Assembly: GCA_037445025.1 (NCBI GenBank) | Contig: JBBILI010000018.1 | Location: forward strand, 4,705-68,704 | Direction of reading: 5' to 3' | DNA from: Rhodospirillales bacterium | Lineage (GTDB): Bacteria > Pseudomonadota > Alphaproteobacteria > Acetobacterales > Acetobacteraceae | DNA length: 64,000 nucleotides | In this document: positions 17,603 to 30,890 of the stretch, in pieces | How the letters are laid out: each line of letters opens with the position of its first letter | How positions within the stretch are numbered: the stretch's first letter is position 1 | Program-made: the position numbers and the translations under genes | Notes under the pieces: model-generated | What the model was told of the DNA's origin: nothing | Databases searched by the model: none | Seen by the model: only the letters and a program-made list of their open reading frames with translations

Positions 17603-17638
17603 ATACCAACGGTCATTCTTCATGACCGTTGGTATGAG
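17603..17638. repeat. Second copy of the CAACGGTCAT-TCTTC-ATGACCGTTG hairpin
   Basis: ATACCAACGGTCAT-tcttc-ATGACCGTTGGTAT; compare 890-928. Confidence 0.85.
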
Positions 17639-17701
17639 ATACGCATCTCGCGTCGCGACCGGCAGCGGTCGAGGGGCCGAAGACCCTCGCGCTGTCTCGC
17701 T

Positions 17702-18103
17702 TCAGCCGTTGGCAGCCTTGCGCTTGGAGGTCGTCACCGGAACCGCCTCGGCTTCGGCCTTCTTGGTGGCGGCGGCCTCGTTCATGATGCTGCGCAGGTC
17801 ACGCAGGAAGGCGGTGCCTTTCAGCGTGCGCTGCACGAGCACCGAGCGGCGGTCCATCGGGTCGACCTTGCGGCGCGCGAGGTCGAGCTCGCCGAGCCGG
17901 TCCAGCGCGCGGGTGATGGCGGGCTTGGACACGTTGAGATCGGCGGCGAGGCCGCGGACGGTGTGCGCCCCTTCCTGCAGGTAGCAGGTGAGGAACACGC
18001 CGAGCTGACGGGCCGAGAGATCCGGACCGTCGCGGCGAACGAGCGCCACGACCGTGTCGCGCAGGATGCCGACGAGCTGGTCGGACAAGGGTGAGGTTGC
18101 CAT
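17702..18103 (-). CDS. MarR-family transcriptional regulator
   Basis: 133 aa. Winged-helix 'ARQLGVFLTCYLQEGAHTVRGLAADLNVSKPAITRALDRLGELDLARRKVDPMDRRSVLV'. The track ORF 17702..18583 over-extends into the upstream gene. Confidence 0.85.
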   Translation of the reverse strand: MATSPLSDQLVGILRDTVVALVRRDGPDLSARQLGVFLTCYLQEGAHTVRGLAADLNVSKPAITRALDRLGELDLARRKVDPMDRRSVLVQRTLKGTAFLRDLRSIMNEAAATKKAEAEAVPVTTSKRKAANG

Positions 18104-18161
18104 GGTGTGTTCCCTTATGGTTCGGTCCGATGGACCTGGATGTGGGGCGCTGTGGTTTGGT

Positions 18162-19565
18162 TCAGGCGGAGCCGCAAAGCGCGAGGCGTTCGGTGATGGC
18201 GCGCGCGAAGGCACGCATGGCCGGTGCATCGCCGCCTTCCGGGCGGGCAGGGCGGGTCGTGTCGTTCCAGCAATAGGTGTCGAGATGTGCCCAGGGCGTG
18301 CCCGGGGCCACGAACCGGCGCATGAACAGGGCGGCCACGATGGCGCCGGCCTGCGATTTGCTGGAGACGTTGTTGAGATCGGCGGCATTGGAATCGAGCC
18401 AGGGGTCGTACCCGTCATGGAGCGGCAGGCGCCACATCGGGTCGGCCTCGGCCTGGCCGGCGGCGAGCAGTGCCGCGGCCCAGTCGTCATCATTGCAGAA
18501 CAAGGCAGGCAGGTCTGGCCCCAGCGCCACGCGGGCCGCGCCGGTGAGCGTGGCGCAGTTGACCAGCAGGGCGGGGGCTTCATCGCTGGCTTCGGCCAGC
18601 AGGTCGCACAGCACCAGGCGCCCTTCGGCGTCGGTGTTGCCGATTTCGACAGCGAGTCCGCGGCGGGTGCGGATCACATCATTGGGTCGCATCGCATGGC
18701 CGGACACGGCGTTCTCCACGCATCCCAGTCGAACAACGAGGCGGAGCGGAACGTCCGCATCCATCAGGATACGTGCCAGCGCCAGAACAGATGCGGCGCC
18801 GCCCATGTCCTTCTTCATCAAGAACATTCCGGCGTGTGACTTGAGGTCGTAGCCGCCGGTGTCGAACACAACACCTTTGCCGCACAGCGAAACGAGGGGA
18901 GAGGTGGGGCTGGCGGACGAGCCCTGCCAGGTGAATTTGGCCACCACCGGCGCCCGGTCCGAGCCGCGGCCGACGGCTGCGACCGTGGGGTACTGCGCAT
19001 CCAGCGCGGCGCCTTCGGTGCGGGTGAAGCTGGCGCCGTAGGCATGCGCGAGCTGTTCCGCCGCGTCGGCGAGTTCGGCGGGGCCGAGCAGGTTGGCCGG
19101 CATGTTGACCAGGTCACGTGCCATCCAGATCGCCTGCGCCTGATCGACGGCGGCGGCGTGGCCCGGCGGCAGCACCAGCAAGGCCGGCGGGCGGCGCGGG
19201 GTTTTGAAGGTGGTGAACCGATAGGCACCCAGACAGAAGCCGAGCACGGCGCGGCCGGTTTCATAATCGCCCGGCATGAGATACCAGGAGCCGGTGGGCA
19301 GCCGGTAAGCAAGGTCGCCGAACGGCAGATGGGTGCGGTCGTGACCCAGACCGAGCACCGCCTGCACGATGCCCGATTCGCCCGGCAGCAGCACCAGTTC
19401 GCCGGCGCGTCCGCCGAAGCCGGCCGCTTCGACATAGGCGGCCTGAGCCGAGGTCAGACCGGAGATGAAACCGTCGACACCATCCGGTCGGAGGGCTGCT
19501 ATGGCGCGTGCATGAGGATCATCGGGCAGACAAGGTATGACCTGGTCGGTGATCAGGCGGGTCAC
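18162..19565 (-). CDS. Leucyl aminopeptidase family protein (peptidase M17)
   Basis: 'VFDTGGYDLK...NTDAEGRLVLCDLL...TLTGAARVALG' M17 catalytic motifs. GTG start with a GGAGGA RBS. Confidence 0.88.
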   Translation of the reverse strand: MTRLITDQVIPCLPDDPHARAIAALRPDGVDGFISGLTSAQAAYVEAAGFGGRAGELVLLPGESGIVQAVLGLGHDRTHLPFGDLAYRLPTGSWYLMPGDYETGRAVLGFCLGAYRFTTFKTPRRPPALLVLPPGHAAAVDQAQAIWMARDLVNMPANLLGPAELADAAEQLAHAYGASFTRTEGAALDAQYPTVAAVGRGSDRAPVVAKFTWQGSSASPTSPLVSLCGKGVVFDTGGYDLKSHAGMFLMKKDMGGAASVLALARILMDADVPLRLVVRLGCVENAVSGHAMRPNDVIRTRRGLAVEIGNTDAEGRLVLCDLLAEASDEAPALLVNCATLTGAARVALGPDLPALFCNDDDWAAALLAAGQAEADPMWRLPLHDGYDPWLDSNAADLNNVSSKSQAGAIVAALFMRRFVAPGTPWAHLDTYCWNDTTRPARPEGGDAPAMRAFARAITERLALCGSA

Positions 19566-19830
19566 GTTGCGATCGTCCTCCGCGCAACATTGCCGACTCC
19601 GGCCCGTTCTGTGCGCCGTCGGTATATGACATTCCGGTTTCCGAAATACAAGCTCGTTTCGAGTTCGTCTTGCGATCTATACGCCGAATTCATGCAAGTC
19701 AGCCATGATCGGGAGCGAACCCGCTGTAAACAAGTGATGACACAGACCACAAATGACTGAAATATCTGGGCGTTTTATGTGTTGATTCAGGTATACCCAA
19801 CGCAGGGCCGCATGACCGCCCGCACATACA

Positions 19831-19866
19831 TGAATGCCGCGGCAGGTTCCCCTGCCGCGGCATTCA
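19831..19866 (-). terminator. Stem-loop downstream of htpG (16-bp stem, weak U-tract)
   Basis: TGAATGCCGCGGCAGG-ttcc-CCTGCCGCGGCATTCA, 30 nt after the htpG stop. The trailing sequence on the minus strand is TGTATGTG, so the intrinsic-terminator call is tentative. Confidence 0.45.
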
Positions 19867-19895
19867 CATAGGTGATTCTCCCTTCCGTGACGACG

Positions 19896-21728
<1,833 letters not shown>

Positions 21729-21753
21729 GGTCTGGTCCTCCGATGCGGTCGCC

Positions 21754-21783
21754 ATATGAGCGGTAAGGGGCTGGTTTTCAACG
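21754..21783 (-). promoter_or_regulatory. Candidate sigma-32 (RpoH) promoter of htpG
   Basis: The minus strand reads GTTGAAA-N15-CTCATAT. This compares with the heat-shock consensus CTTGAA-N(about 13-17)-CCCCATnT / CYTATnT. It sits about 25 nt upstream of the start codon. Confidence 0.4.
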
Positions 21784-21846
21784 CCGTCATCGTACTGACG
21801 CAGCAATCCCCTTGCATTCCGCGCCGCAGCATTCACAGTTGCTGTC

Positions 21847-24345
<2,499 letters not shown>

Positions 24346-24690
24346 ATGCAGATCGAAGATCGCGACTGGCAGCGCCTCGACAAATGGCTGTGGTGCGCCC
24401 GCTTCATGAAGGCCCGCGCCGACTGTGCGCGCCTGGTGCAGGAAGGCCTGCTGCGCATCAACCGCCAGCCGACCGACAAGCCGCACGCGAAGCTGCGCGT
24501 GGGCGACGTGGTGACCCTGCCGCTGCGCGGCGATGTGCGGGTGATCGAGATCCTCGCACTTGCCACCCGCCGCGGCCCCGCACCGGAAGCCCGCCTGCTC
24601 TACCGTGACATCCTGCCCCGCCCTGCGCCCACCCCAGGCGACGCCACGGCTTGCGCCGATGTCGATATGACGGCATATCCGCCGGACTGA
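24346..24690 (+). CDS. S4-domain RNA-binding protein (Hsp15-like)
   Basis: '[48 protein letters not shown]' S4 fold. The ATG immediately follows the helicase stop. Confidence 0.8.
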   Translation: MQIEDRDWQRLDKWLWCARFMKARADCARLVQEGLLRINRQPTDKPHAKLRVGDVVTLPLRGDVRVIEILALATRRGPAPEARLLYRDILPRPAPTPGDATACADVDMTAYPPD

Positions 24691-24713
24691 ATCCCCAGCG
24701 TCAGGAGCACGCG

Positions 24714-25046
24714 ATGACCTACGTGGTCACCGAGAACTGCATCAAGTGCAAATACATGGATTGCGTGGAGGTGTGTCCGGTGGACTGCTTCTATGTCGGC
24801 GAGAACATGCTGGTGATCCATCCTGACGAGTGCATCGATTGCGGTGTGTGCGAGCCGGAATGCCCCGCCGAAGCGATCGTGCCGGACAGCGACGACCGCG
24901 CCGCCGCCTGGGCCGAGCAGAACCGCACCTATGCCGCCACCTGGCCCAACATCACCCGCAAGGGCGAGCCGCCGGCCGATGCCGACGAATGGAAAGGCAA
25001 GCCCGACAAGGCCGAGCTGTTCTCCTCCGAGCCCGGACTCGCCTGA
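24714..25046 (+). CDS. fdxA: 7Fe ferredoxin FdxA ([3Fe-4S][4Fe-4S])
   Basis: [27 protein letters not shown]...[12 protein letters not shown] cysteine pattern; AGGAG RBS. Confidence 0.95.
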   Translation: MTYVVTENCIKCKYMDCVEVCPVDCFYVGENMLVIHPDECIDCGVCEPECPAEAIVPDSDDRAAAWAEQNRTYAATWPNITRKGEPPADADEWKGKPDKAELFSSEPGLA

Positions 25047-25058
25047 CCGCCGCCGCAC

Positions 25059-25093
25059 GTCATGCGACGCGGAGCTACTCCGCGTCGCATGAC
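25059..25093 (+). terminator. Perfect 16-bp stem-loop after fdxA (no clear U-tract)
   Basis: GTCATGCGACGCGGAG-cta-CTCCGCGTCGCATGAC, 13 nt after the fdxA stop. Confidence 0.4.
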
Positions 25094-25272
25094 TCGGTGA
25101 CAATTCCGTGTTATGGATGCGCGGCAGCAGCGGACCCGCGACCCCCGCGTGACGTTGGTGCCACACGCGACATGATCCGTCTGCATATCCTCGTTTGCAT
25201 CTTGCGAGCGCGGGCAGGATGCCGGTGGCTCATGGCATCGTGTCGTGTCCACGTCAGCCCACGAGGATCCGG

Positions 25273-26028
25273 ATGAAGGCGTCCGTCGCTGAACCAGTCG
25301 CTGCTGAAGCTTTGCTCCGGCCCGACCTGGCCTCTCCCGCCCCCCAGAAGCCGCGCGCCGCTCCCGGCGCCCGCCCCTCCCCGCCGTCGAAGAAGGCCAC
25401 CGCGCCCATGACCGAGACCGCCGCGCCGATCGCCGAAGCCGCTCCCGCTCCTGTCGCCGAGCCCCGCCCGGCGCCCCAGCTCTCGGTGCCGCAAGGCCCG
25501 AACGGCCGCCCGGCGCCGATTTCGCGCGCGTCCAACAAGGATGAGACCTTCTCGGAGAACGACTATGTGGTCTACCCGACCCATGGCGTCGGCAAGGTCG
25601 AGAAGATCGCGATGGAGGACATCGCCGGTCATCGTCTCGAACTCATCCACATCACCTTCGAAGAGAACCGCATGACCCTGCGGGTGCCGGTCGCCAAGGC
25701 CCGCAGCGCCGGGCTGCGCCGTCTGTCGACCAAGAAGGCGTTCGACGAGGCGCTGGCCACCCTCAAGGGCCGCGCCCGCGTCAAGCGCACCATGTGGTCG
25801 CGCCGCGCCCAGGAGTACGAGGCCAAGATCAACTCCGGCGACCCGATGGCCATCGCCGAGGTGGTGCGTGACCTGCACCGCAATGCCGGCCAGCCCGACC
25901 AGTCCTTCAGCGAACGCCAGATCTACGAGGCGGCGCTGGACCGTATGGCCGCCGAGCTCGCCGCCATCGACCAGACCGACAAGAACACCGCCCTGACCAA
26001 GCTGGGCCAGTTCCTCAAGGCGGCCTGA
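25273..26028 (+). CDS. carD: CarD/CdnL-family RNA-polymerase-binding regulator with a Pro/Ala-rich N-terminal extension
   Basis: 'DYVVYPTHGVGKVEKIAMEDIAGHRLELIHITFEENRMTLRVPVAKA...' CarD_TRCF domain. ATG 25273 follows GAGGA. The start is provisional. Confidence 0.85.
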   Translation: MKASVAEPVAAEALLRPDLASPAPQKPRAAPGARPSPPSKKATAPMTETAAPIAEAAPAPVAEPRPAPQLSVPQGPNGRPAPISRASNKDETFSENDYVVYPTHGVGKVEKIAMEDIAGHRLELIHITFEENRMTLRVPVAKARSAGLRRLSTKKAFDEALATLKGRARVKRTMWSRRAQEYEAKINSGDPMAIAEVVRDLHRNAGQPDQSFSERQIYEAALDRMAAELAAIDQTDKNTALTKLGQFLKAA

Positions 26029-26177
26029 AACCGGAGCGGGCGCGGGGCAGGTCCGGCCGGCGCGCGCTGCGCGCCTGCCCACGGCCCCGCGTTCTTGCTT
26101 TCCCGCCACGTCTCGGTTAGACCGCTCCGCTCGCTGGCACCCCTGGAGGCCGGCTTTTTGTTTTGTGGAGTTTTGTC

Positions 26178-26858
26178 ATGGCCAATGTCGTCACGATCGA
26201 GGCCGAGGCGCGCGCGGATGCAGGTAAGGGGGCAGCACGTGCGACTCGGCGGCAGGGACTGGTTCCCGCTGTAATCTATGGGGCGAAGCAGCCCTCCGCC
26301 CTTATTTCGCTCGATCCGCGGATCGTCATGCGCGAGGTGTCGCGCAGCGGCTGGCGCTCGCGCCTGTACGAGGTGAAGTTCGGCGACAAGGTCGAGCGGG
26401 CGCTGATCCGCGAGGTGCAGTGGCACAAGGTCAGCGACAAGCCCGAGCATGTCGATTTCCAGCGTCTCGCCCCCGGCGAGAAGATGCGCGTGGCGGTTTC
26501 GGTGGTGTTCGCCAACGAGCTGCTGAGCCCGGGCCTGAAGCGCGGCGGTGTGCTCAACATCGTGCGCCACGCCGTGGAATGCTTCGTCGACCCCGACAAC
26601 GTGCCGGCGCATTTCACCGCCGAGCTCACCGGGCTCGAGATCAACGACAACATCCGCTGGTCCGACCTGAAAGGCACCGACGGCATCAAGCCGGTGATCC
26701 AGGACCGCGACTTCGTGATCGCCTCCGTGGCCTCCACCAAGGGCATGGAAGCGGCCGCGGCCGAGGCGGCTCCGGCCGCCGGCGGCAAGGCCGCCCCGGC
26801 GAAGGGCAAGGCGGCTCCGGCCAAGGCCGCTCCGGCCAAGCCTGCCGCCAAGAAGTAG
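26178..26858 (+). CDS. rplY: 50S ribosomal protein L25 / general stress protein Ctc
   Basis: 'IEAEARADAGKGAARATRRQGLVPAVIYG' L25 N-terminus with an Ala/Lys-rich tail. Confidence 0.92.
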   Translation: MANVVTIEAEARADAGKGAARATRRQGLVPAVIYGAKQPSALISLDPRIVMREVSRSGWRSRLYEVKFGDKVERALIREVQWHKVSDKPEHVDFQRLAPGEKMRVAVSVVFANELLSPGLKRGGVLNIVRHAVECFVDPDNVPAHFTAELTGLEINDNIRWSDLKGTDGIKPVIQDRDFVIASVASTKGMEAAAAEAAPAAGGKAAPAKGKAAPAKAAPAKPAAKK

Positions 26859-26888
26859 TCCTCGTCCAAGCCGGCTGGAGCACCGGAC

Positions 26889-27479
26889 ATGCTGCTCTGG
26901 GTCGGCCTGGGCAACCCGGAACCCGCCATGGCGCGCCAGCGCCACAATATCGGGTTCATGGTGCTGGACGAGATCGCCCGCCGCCACGGCTTTTCGCCGT
27001 GGCGGCAGCGCTTCCGCGGCTTGGTGGCCGAAGGCCAGGTAGGCGGTGCCAAGGTGCTCGGCCTCAAGCCGCTCACCTACATGAACGCCTCGGGCGAATC
27101 GGTGCAGCAAGCGGCCGCCTTCTACAAGCTGGAGGTGGGTGACATCACCGCCTTCCATGACGAGCTGGACCTGTTCGCCGGCAAGGTGCGGGTCAAGAAG
27201 GGCGGCGGGGCGGCGGGGCATAACGGGCTGCGCTCGATGGACCGGATGCTGGGCAGCCCCGAATACTGGCGCGTCCGGCTGGGGATCGGCCATCCCGGTT
27301 CCAAGGACCGCGTGACAGGCCATGTCCTGGGAGATTTCGCCAAGGCGGAGCAGCCGATGCTGACAGCACTGCTCGACGCAATGGCCGATGCGGCGCCGCT
27401 GCTGGCGCAAGGGCTTGCCGCCGGCAAGCCGGAAGAGTTCATGACGCGCGTGGCGCTGCTCACACAGGATGTTCGCTGA
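26889..27479 (+). CDS. pth: Peptidyl-tRNA hydrolase
   Basis: '[29 protein letters not shown]...GHNGLRS'. Confidence 0.95.
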   Translation: MLLWVGLGNPEPAMARQRHNIGFMVLDEIARRHGFSPWRQRFRGLVAEGQVGGAKVLGLKPLTYMNASGESVQQAAAFYKLEVGDITAFHDELDLFAGKVRVKKGGGAAGHNGLRSMDRMLGSPEYWRVRLGIGHPGSKDRVTGHVLGDFAKAEQPMLTALLDAMADAAPLLAQGLAAGKPEEFMTRVALLTQDVR

Positions 27480-28573
27480 TGGGTTTCAATTGCGGCATTG
27501 TCGGCCTGCCCAACGTGGGCAAGTCCACGCTCTTCAATGCGCTGACCGCGACCGCGTCGGCCCAGGCGGCCAATTATCCGTTCTGCACGATCGAGCCGAA
27601 TGTCGGGCGCGTGGCGGTGCCGGACAAGCGGCTCGACATGCTGACCAAGATCGGCAAATCGCAGAAGACGGTGCCCACCAGCCTCGAATTCGTCGATATC
27701 GCGGGCCTCGTGCGCGGCGCCAGCAAGGGTGAAGGCCTGGGCAACCAGTTCCTCGCCAACATTCGCGAGGTCGATGCCATCGTCCACGTGCTGCGCTGCT
27801 TCGAGGACCCGGACGTCACCCATGTCGAAGGCAGCGTCGATCCGATCCGCGACGCCGAGACGGTGGAGACCGAGCTGATGCTCGCCGATCTGGAGAGCAT
27901 CGAAAAGCGCCTGCCGGCGCTGCAGAAGAAGGCCAAGGGCGGCGACAAGGATGCCGCCGCGCAGGTGGCGATCATGGAGCCGATCGCCGCTGCCCTGGCG
28001 CAAGGCCGCATGGCCCGCACCGCCATTGCCCCCGCCGACATGGAGGCGGCGAAACGGCTGCAGCTGATGACATCCAAGCCTATTCTGTATGTCTGCAATG
28101 TCGAGGAAGCCGCGGCTGCCACCGGCAACGCCTTCTCCGCCCGCGTCGCCGCCCGCGCCGTCGCCGAGGGCGCCCGCCATGTCGTGGTCTCGGCCGCGAT
28201 CGAGGCCGAAGTGAGCCAGCTGCCGGCGGAGGACCGCGCCGAATTCCTGGAAGGACTGGGCCTGGCCGATTCGGGTCTCGATCGTGTGATTGCCGCCGGC
28301 TATGGACTGTTGGGGCTGATCACCTATTTCACCGTCGGACCCAAGGAAGCGCGGGCCTGGACCATCGTGCGCGGCACCAAGGCGCCCCAGGCGGCGGCTG
28401 TGATCCATAACGACTTCGAACGTGGCTTTATCGCCTGCGAAACAACGGCGTATGATGATTTCGTCGCCTACAAGGGCGAACAGGGAGCGAAGGAAGCGGG
28501 CAAGGTGCGCGTCGAAGGCAAGGAATACGTGGTCAAGGACGGCGACATCCTGCTGTTCCGTTTCAACGTCTGA
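27479..28573 (+). CDS. ychF: Ribosome-binding ATPase YchF
   Basis: [22 protein letters not shown]...FVDIAGLVRGASKGEGLGNQFL. TGATG coupling to pth. Confidence 0.96.
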   Translation: MGFNCGIVGLPNVGKSTLFNALTATASAQAANYPFCTIEPNVGRVAVPDKRLDMLTKIGKSQKTVPTSLEFVDIAGLVRGASKGEGLGNQFLANIREVDAIVHVLRCFEDPDVTHVEGSVDPIRDAETVETELMLADLESIEKRLPALQKKAKGGDKDAAAQVAIMEPIAAALAQGRMARTAIAPADMEAAKRLQLMTSKPILYVCNVEEAAAATGNAFSARVAARAVAEGARHVVVSAAIEAEVSQLPAEDRAEFLEGLGLADSGLDRVIAAGYGLLGLITYFTVGPKEARAWTIVRGTKAPQAAAVIHNDFERGFIACETTAYDDFVAYKGEQGAKEAGKVRVEGKEYVVKDGDILLFRFNV

Positions 28574-29265
28574 TGGATCTGGTTGACGTTCTGATCGATG
28601 CGTCGGTCGAAAGCAGCGGGCAGTCGTTCCTGACGGTTCTGGGAACGCCGGCGGTGGAGAGCTATTACGCCGATCTGCACCAGCGCTACCTGCCCGACAC
28701 CAACGGGCAGAAGATGGTGCGCGTGGCGCTGCATTTCGCCGTCCAGCAGCTGGCCACCCGCAGCTACGCCGATCCGGCGCATGAGCGCGTGCTGCAGATC
28801 GGCGGCCTCGACCCGTGCGACCTCACCGCCGGCGTGCTCGATGTCGTGCCCCACACCCGGGTGCAATGGGTGCCGGGGTTCAGCGATGTGACCGCGGCCG
28901 AGACGGCCGGTGTGCTCGAACGCACGCGGCTTCGGCTGCCCACCGACGGGCTGCCGCTCCAGCTCGCGATCACCAGCGATGACTGGCGCACCCTGGCGGC
29001 GCGGGCCGAACCGCGCTCCTACGGCCTGATCGCCGTGTTCTCCGACCGCAACATCCGCGACATGGCGGCCTGCGTGGCCGATCTGCGCCGGCTGCTGAAC
29101 CCGCGCGGCCGGCTGGTGCTGTTCGAGGCGCTGTCCGGGGGCAGGCGGCCGACGGATATCGACGGGATGGATTTCGTCGGCCGGTATTTCATGTCGGGTC
29201 CCGGCCAGGTGCGCACCCTGGCCATCACCGTGGTGCCCGCCGTCACGCCGGAGCAGGCCGCATGA
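28573..29265 (+). CDS. Hypothetical protein, class I SAM-methyltransferase-like with a degenerate motif I
   Basis: 230 aa. 'RVLQIGGLDP' sits where VLxIGxGxG is expected, and 'LRRLLNPRGRLVLFE' resembles the post-motif III region. The start overlaps the ychF stop (TGATG). Weak similarity only. Confidence 0.5.
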   Translation: MDLVDVLIDASVESSGQSFLTVLGTPAVESYYADLHQRYLPDTNGQKMVRVALHFAVQQLATRSYADPAHERVLQIGGLDPCDLTAGVLDVVPHTRVQWVPGFSDVTAAETAGVLERTRLRLPTDGLPLQLAITSDDWRTLAARAEPRSYGLIAVFSDRNIRDMAACVADLRRLLNPRGRLVLFEALSGGRRPTDIDGMDFVGRYFMSGPGQVRTLAITVVPAVTPEQAA

Positions 29266-30386
29266 TCGAGCCGCTGGACCATGACGCCGTCACCGCGCTG
29301 CACACGCTGCCGCGGGTGATCCGGCTCAACGTCACCCACGAGGACAGCATCCGCGTGTTCAGCGAGGCGATGCGCGTGCCGGTGCCGGCGCCGGTGCTGG
29401 TCAAAACCGTCGAGCCGCTGCCCCCCCGCACCCAGGACATCGTCAGCCGCACCGAATCCGAGCACGACGCGCAATATCTCGCCCGGCTGAACGACGTGCT
29501 GCTGACCGGCCATCGCGACCTGTTCACCCTCGACGGCCTCTACCTCACCGACCTCGCCAGCCAGGCCGGCCTGCACAGCCGCCCGCCCGAGGTGGTGCCG
29601 GGGCCCGACGGCAAGCTGATCCGCCCGCTGGCCGCGCTGAGCCCGGAACTGGTGGACGAGACGGCCGGCCTGCTGTTCTTCCACAGCGCCAGCGGCGACA
29701 ACCACTCCCACTGGCTGCTGCAGACGCTGCCGCAGCTCCGGCTCTACGAAAGGGCCGGCATCCGGCCGGAGCGGCTGATCGTGCAGCCCAACATCCGTCC
29801 CTACCAGCGCGAGACGCTGCGGCTGCTCGGCTGGAAGGACCGCGAGATCCTGGTGCGCGCGCCCGATCGGCCGATCATCTTCCGCGAGCTCTATGCCGGC
29901 TATGTCGATGGCGGGCTGGTGCCGGATGCCACGATCTACGACCGGCTCCGCGAGGCCTGCCCGCGCCGGCCGGGCAGCCCCGAGAAGCTCTACATCTCGC
30001 GCGGCGACGCCCGCACCGTGCGCCGCTTTCTCAACGAGGACCGGCTGATCGAACGGGTGCGCGAGCTCGGGTTCACCGTTGTCACACCGGGGGCGCTGTC
30101 GCTGGCCGAGGAGATCAGCCTGTTCCAGGGCGCGCGGGTGATTGCCGGGCCGCTCGGCGCCGGGCTGTACAACGCGCTGTTCACCGATCCCGGTGCCACC
30201 ATCGTGGCGCTCAGCGACCCCAACTACGCCATGACCTGGCTGGCCCAGGTGGCCGGGCTGCGTGGCCACCAGCACGCCGCCGTGTTCGGCCTCGCCTTTG
30301 ACAGCATCGAGCCCACCTTCGGCGGCACCCACAACAACTGGATCTGTGACGTGGCGCAGGTGGCCGAGGTGCTGAAGCACTTCTGA
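29262..30386 (+). CDS. Glycosyltransferase family 61 (DUF563) protein
   Basis: 'GDNHSHWLLQTLPQLRL', 'KLYISRGDARTVRRFLNEDRLIERVRELGFTVVTPGALSLAEEISLFQGARVIAGPLGAGLYNALF' match the GT61/DUF563 signature. ATGA overlap with the upstream ORF. Confidence 0.75.
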   Translation: MIEPLDHDAVTALHTLPRVIRLNVTHEDSIRVFSEAMRVPVPAPVLVKTVEPLPPRTQDIVSRTESEHDAQYLARLNDVLLTGHRDLFTLDGLYLTDLASQAGLHSRPPEVVPGPDGKLIRPLAALSPELVDETAGLLFFHSASGDNHSHWLLQTLPQLRLYERAGIRPERLIVQPNIRPYQRETLRLLGWKDREILVRAPDRPIIFRELYAGYVDGGLVPDATIYDRLREACPRRPGSPEKLYISRGDARTVRRFLNEDRLIERVRELGFTVVTPGALSLAEEISLFQGARVIAGPLGAGLYNALFTDPGATIVALSDPNYAMTWLAQVAGLRGHQHAAVFGLAFDSIEPTFGGTHNNWICDVAQVAEVLKHF

Positions 30387-30491
30387 TCCGCCGCGCGCGA
30401 TCGAAAGGCCTTCGACCTTTCGCCATTCTCCCCCATATATCCGGCGCGTCGCCAGATGGTCTGCCGGCGCACCACAGTGAAGGAGGTGTCC

Positions 30492-30890
30492 ATGTTGCTC
30501 ACCCGTCGTCTGGCGGCCGGCGCTCTGGCGGCAGCCGTTCTGGCCGTTCCGCATCTGGCCCGCGCGTCCAGCGAGGCGCCGTTCACCGATGCGGCGTTCG
30601 CCGCCGCCAAGGCGGCCGGCAAGCCCATTCTCGTCCACATCACCGCGACCTGGTGCCCGACCTGCGCCAAGCAGCGGCCGATCCTGTCTCAGCTGTTCGC
30701 CACCCCCGCGTTTGCCGGCCTGCAGGTGTTCAACGTCGATTTCGACACCCAGAAGGACATCGTCCGTGCCATGGGCGCGAACATGCAGAGCACGCTGATC
30801 GTGTTCGTCGGCCCGTCCGAGAAGGGCCGCTCGGTGGGTGACACCGACCCGAGCTCGATCCACGCTTTGCTCGACAAGGCACGGTCCTGA
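30492..30890 (+). CDS. Periplasmic thioredoxin-fold protein (WCPTC)
   Basis: Signal peptide MLLTRRLAAGALAAAVLAV..., active site 'ATWCPTCAKQ', AGGAGG RBS before ATG 30492. Confidence 0.88.
   Translation: MLLTRRLAAGALAAAVLAVPHLARASSEAPFTDAAFAAAKAAGKPILVHITATWCPTCAKQRPILSQLFATPAFAGLQVFNVDFDTQKDIVRAMGANMQSTLIVFVGPSEKGRSVGDTDPSSIHALLDKARS

Noticed and set aside
17702-18583. The 293-aa ORF read as one protein, and the 10935..12635 ORF read as a 566-aa PaaK.
   Set aside because: In both cases the N-terminal portion is Pro/Arg-rich read-through overlapping the upstream gene in another frame. Motif-bearing proteins start at 18103 (MarR, 133 aa) and 11322 (PaaK, ATGA-coupled).
26029-26177. A possible terminator or leader structure between carD and rplY (run of T's at GGCCGGCTTTTTGTTTTGTGG).
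   Set aside because: I could not find a convincing stem immediately upstream of the T-run. It may simply be the rplY promoter/RBS region.
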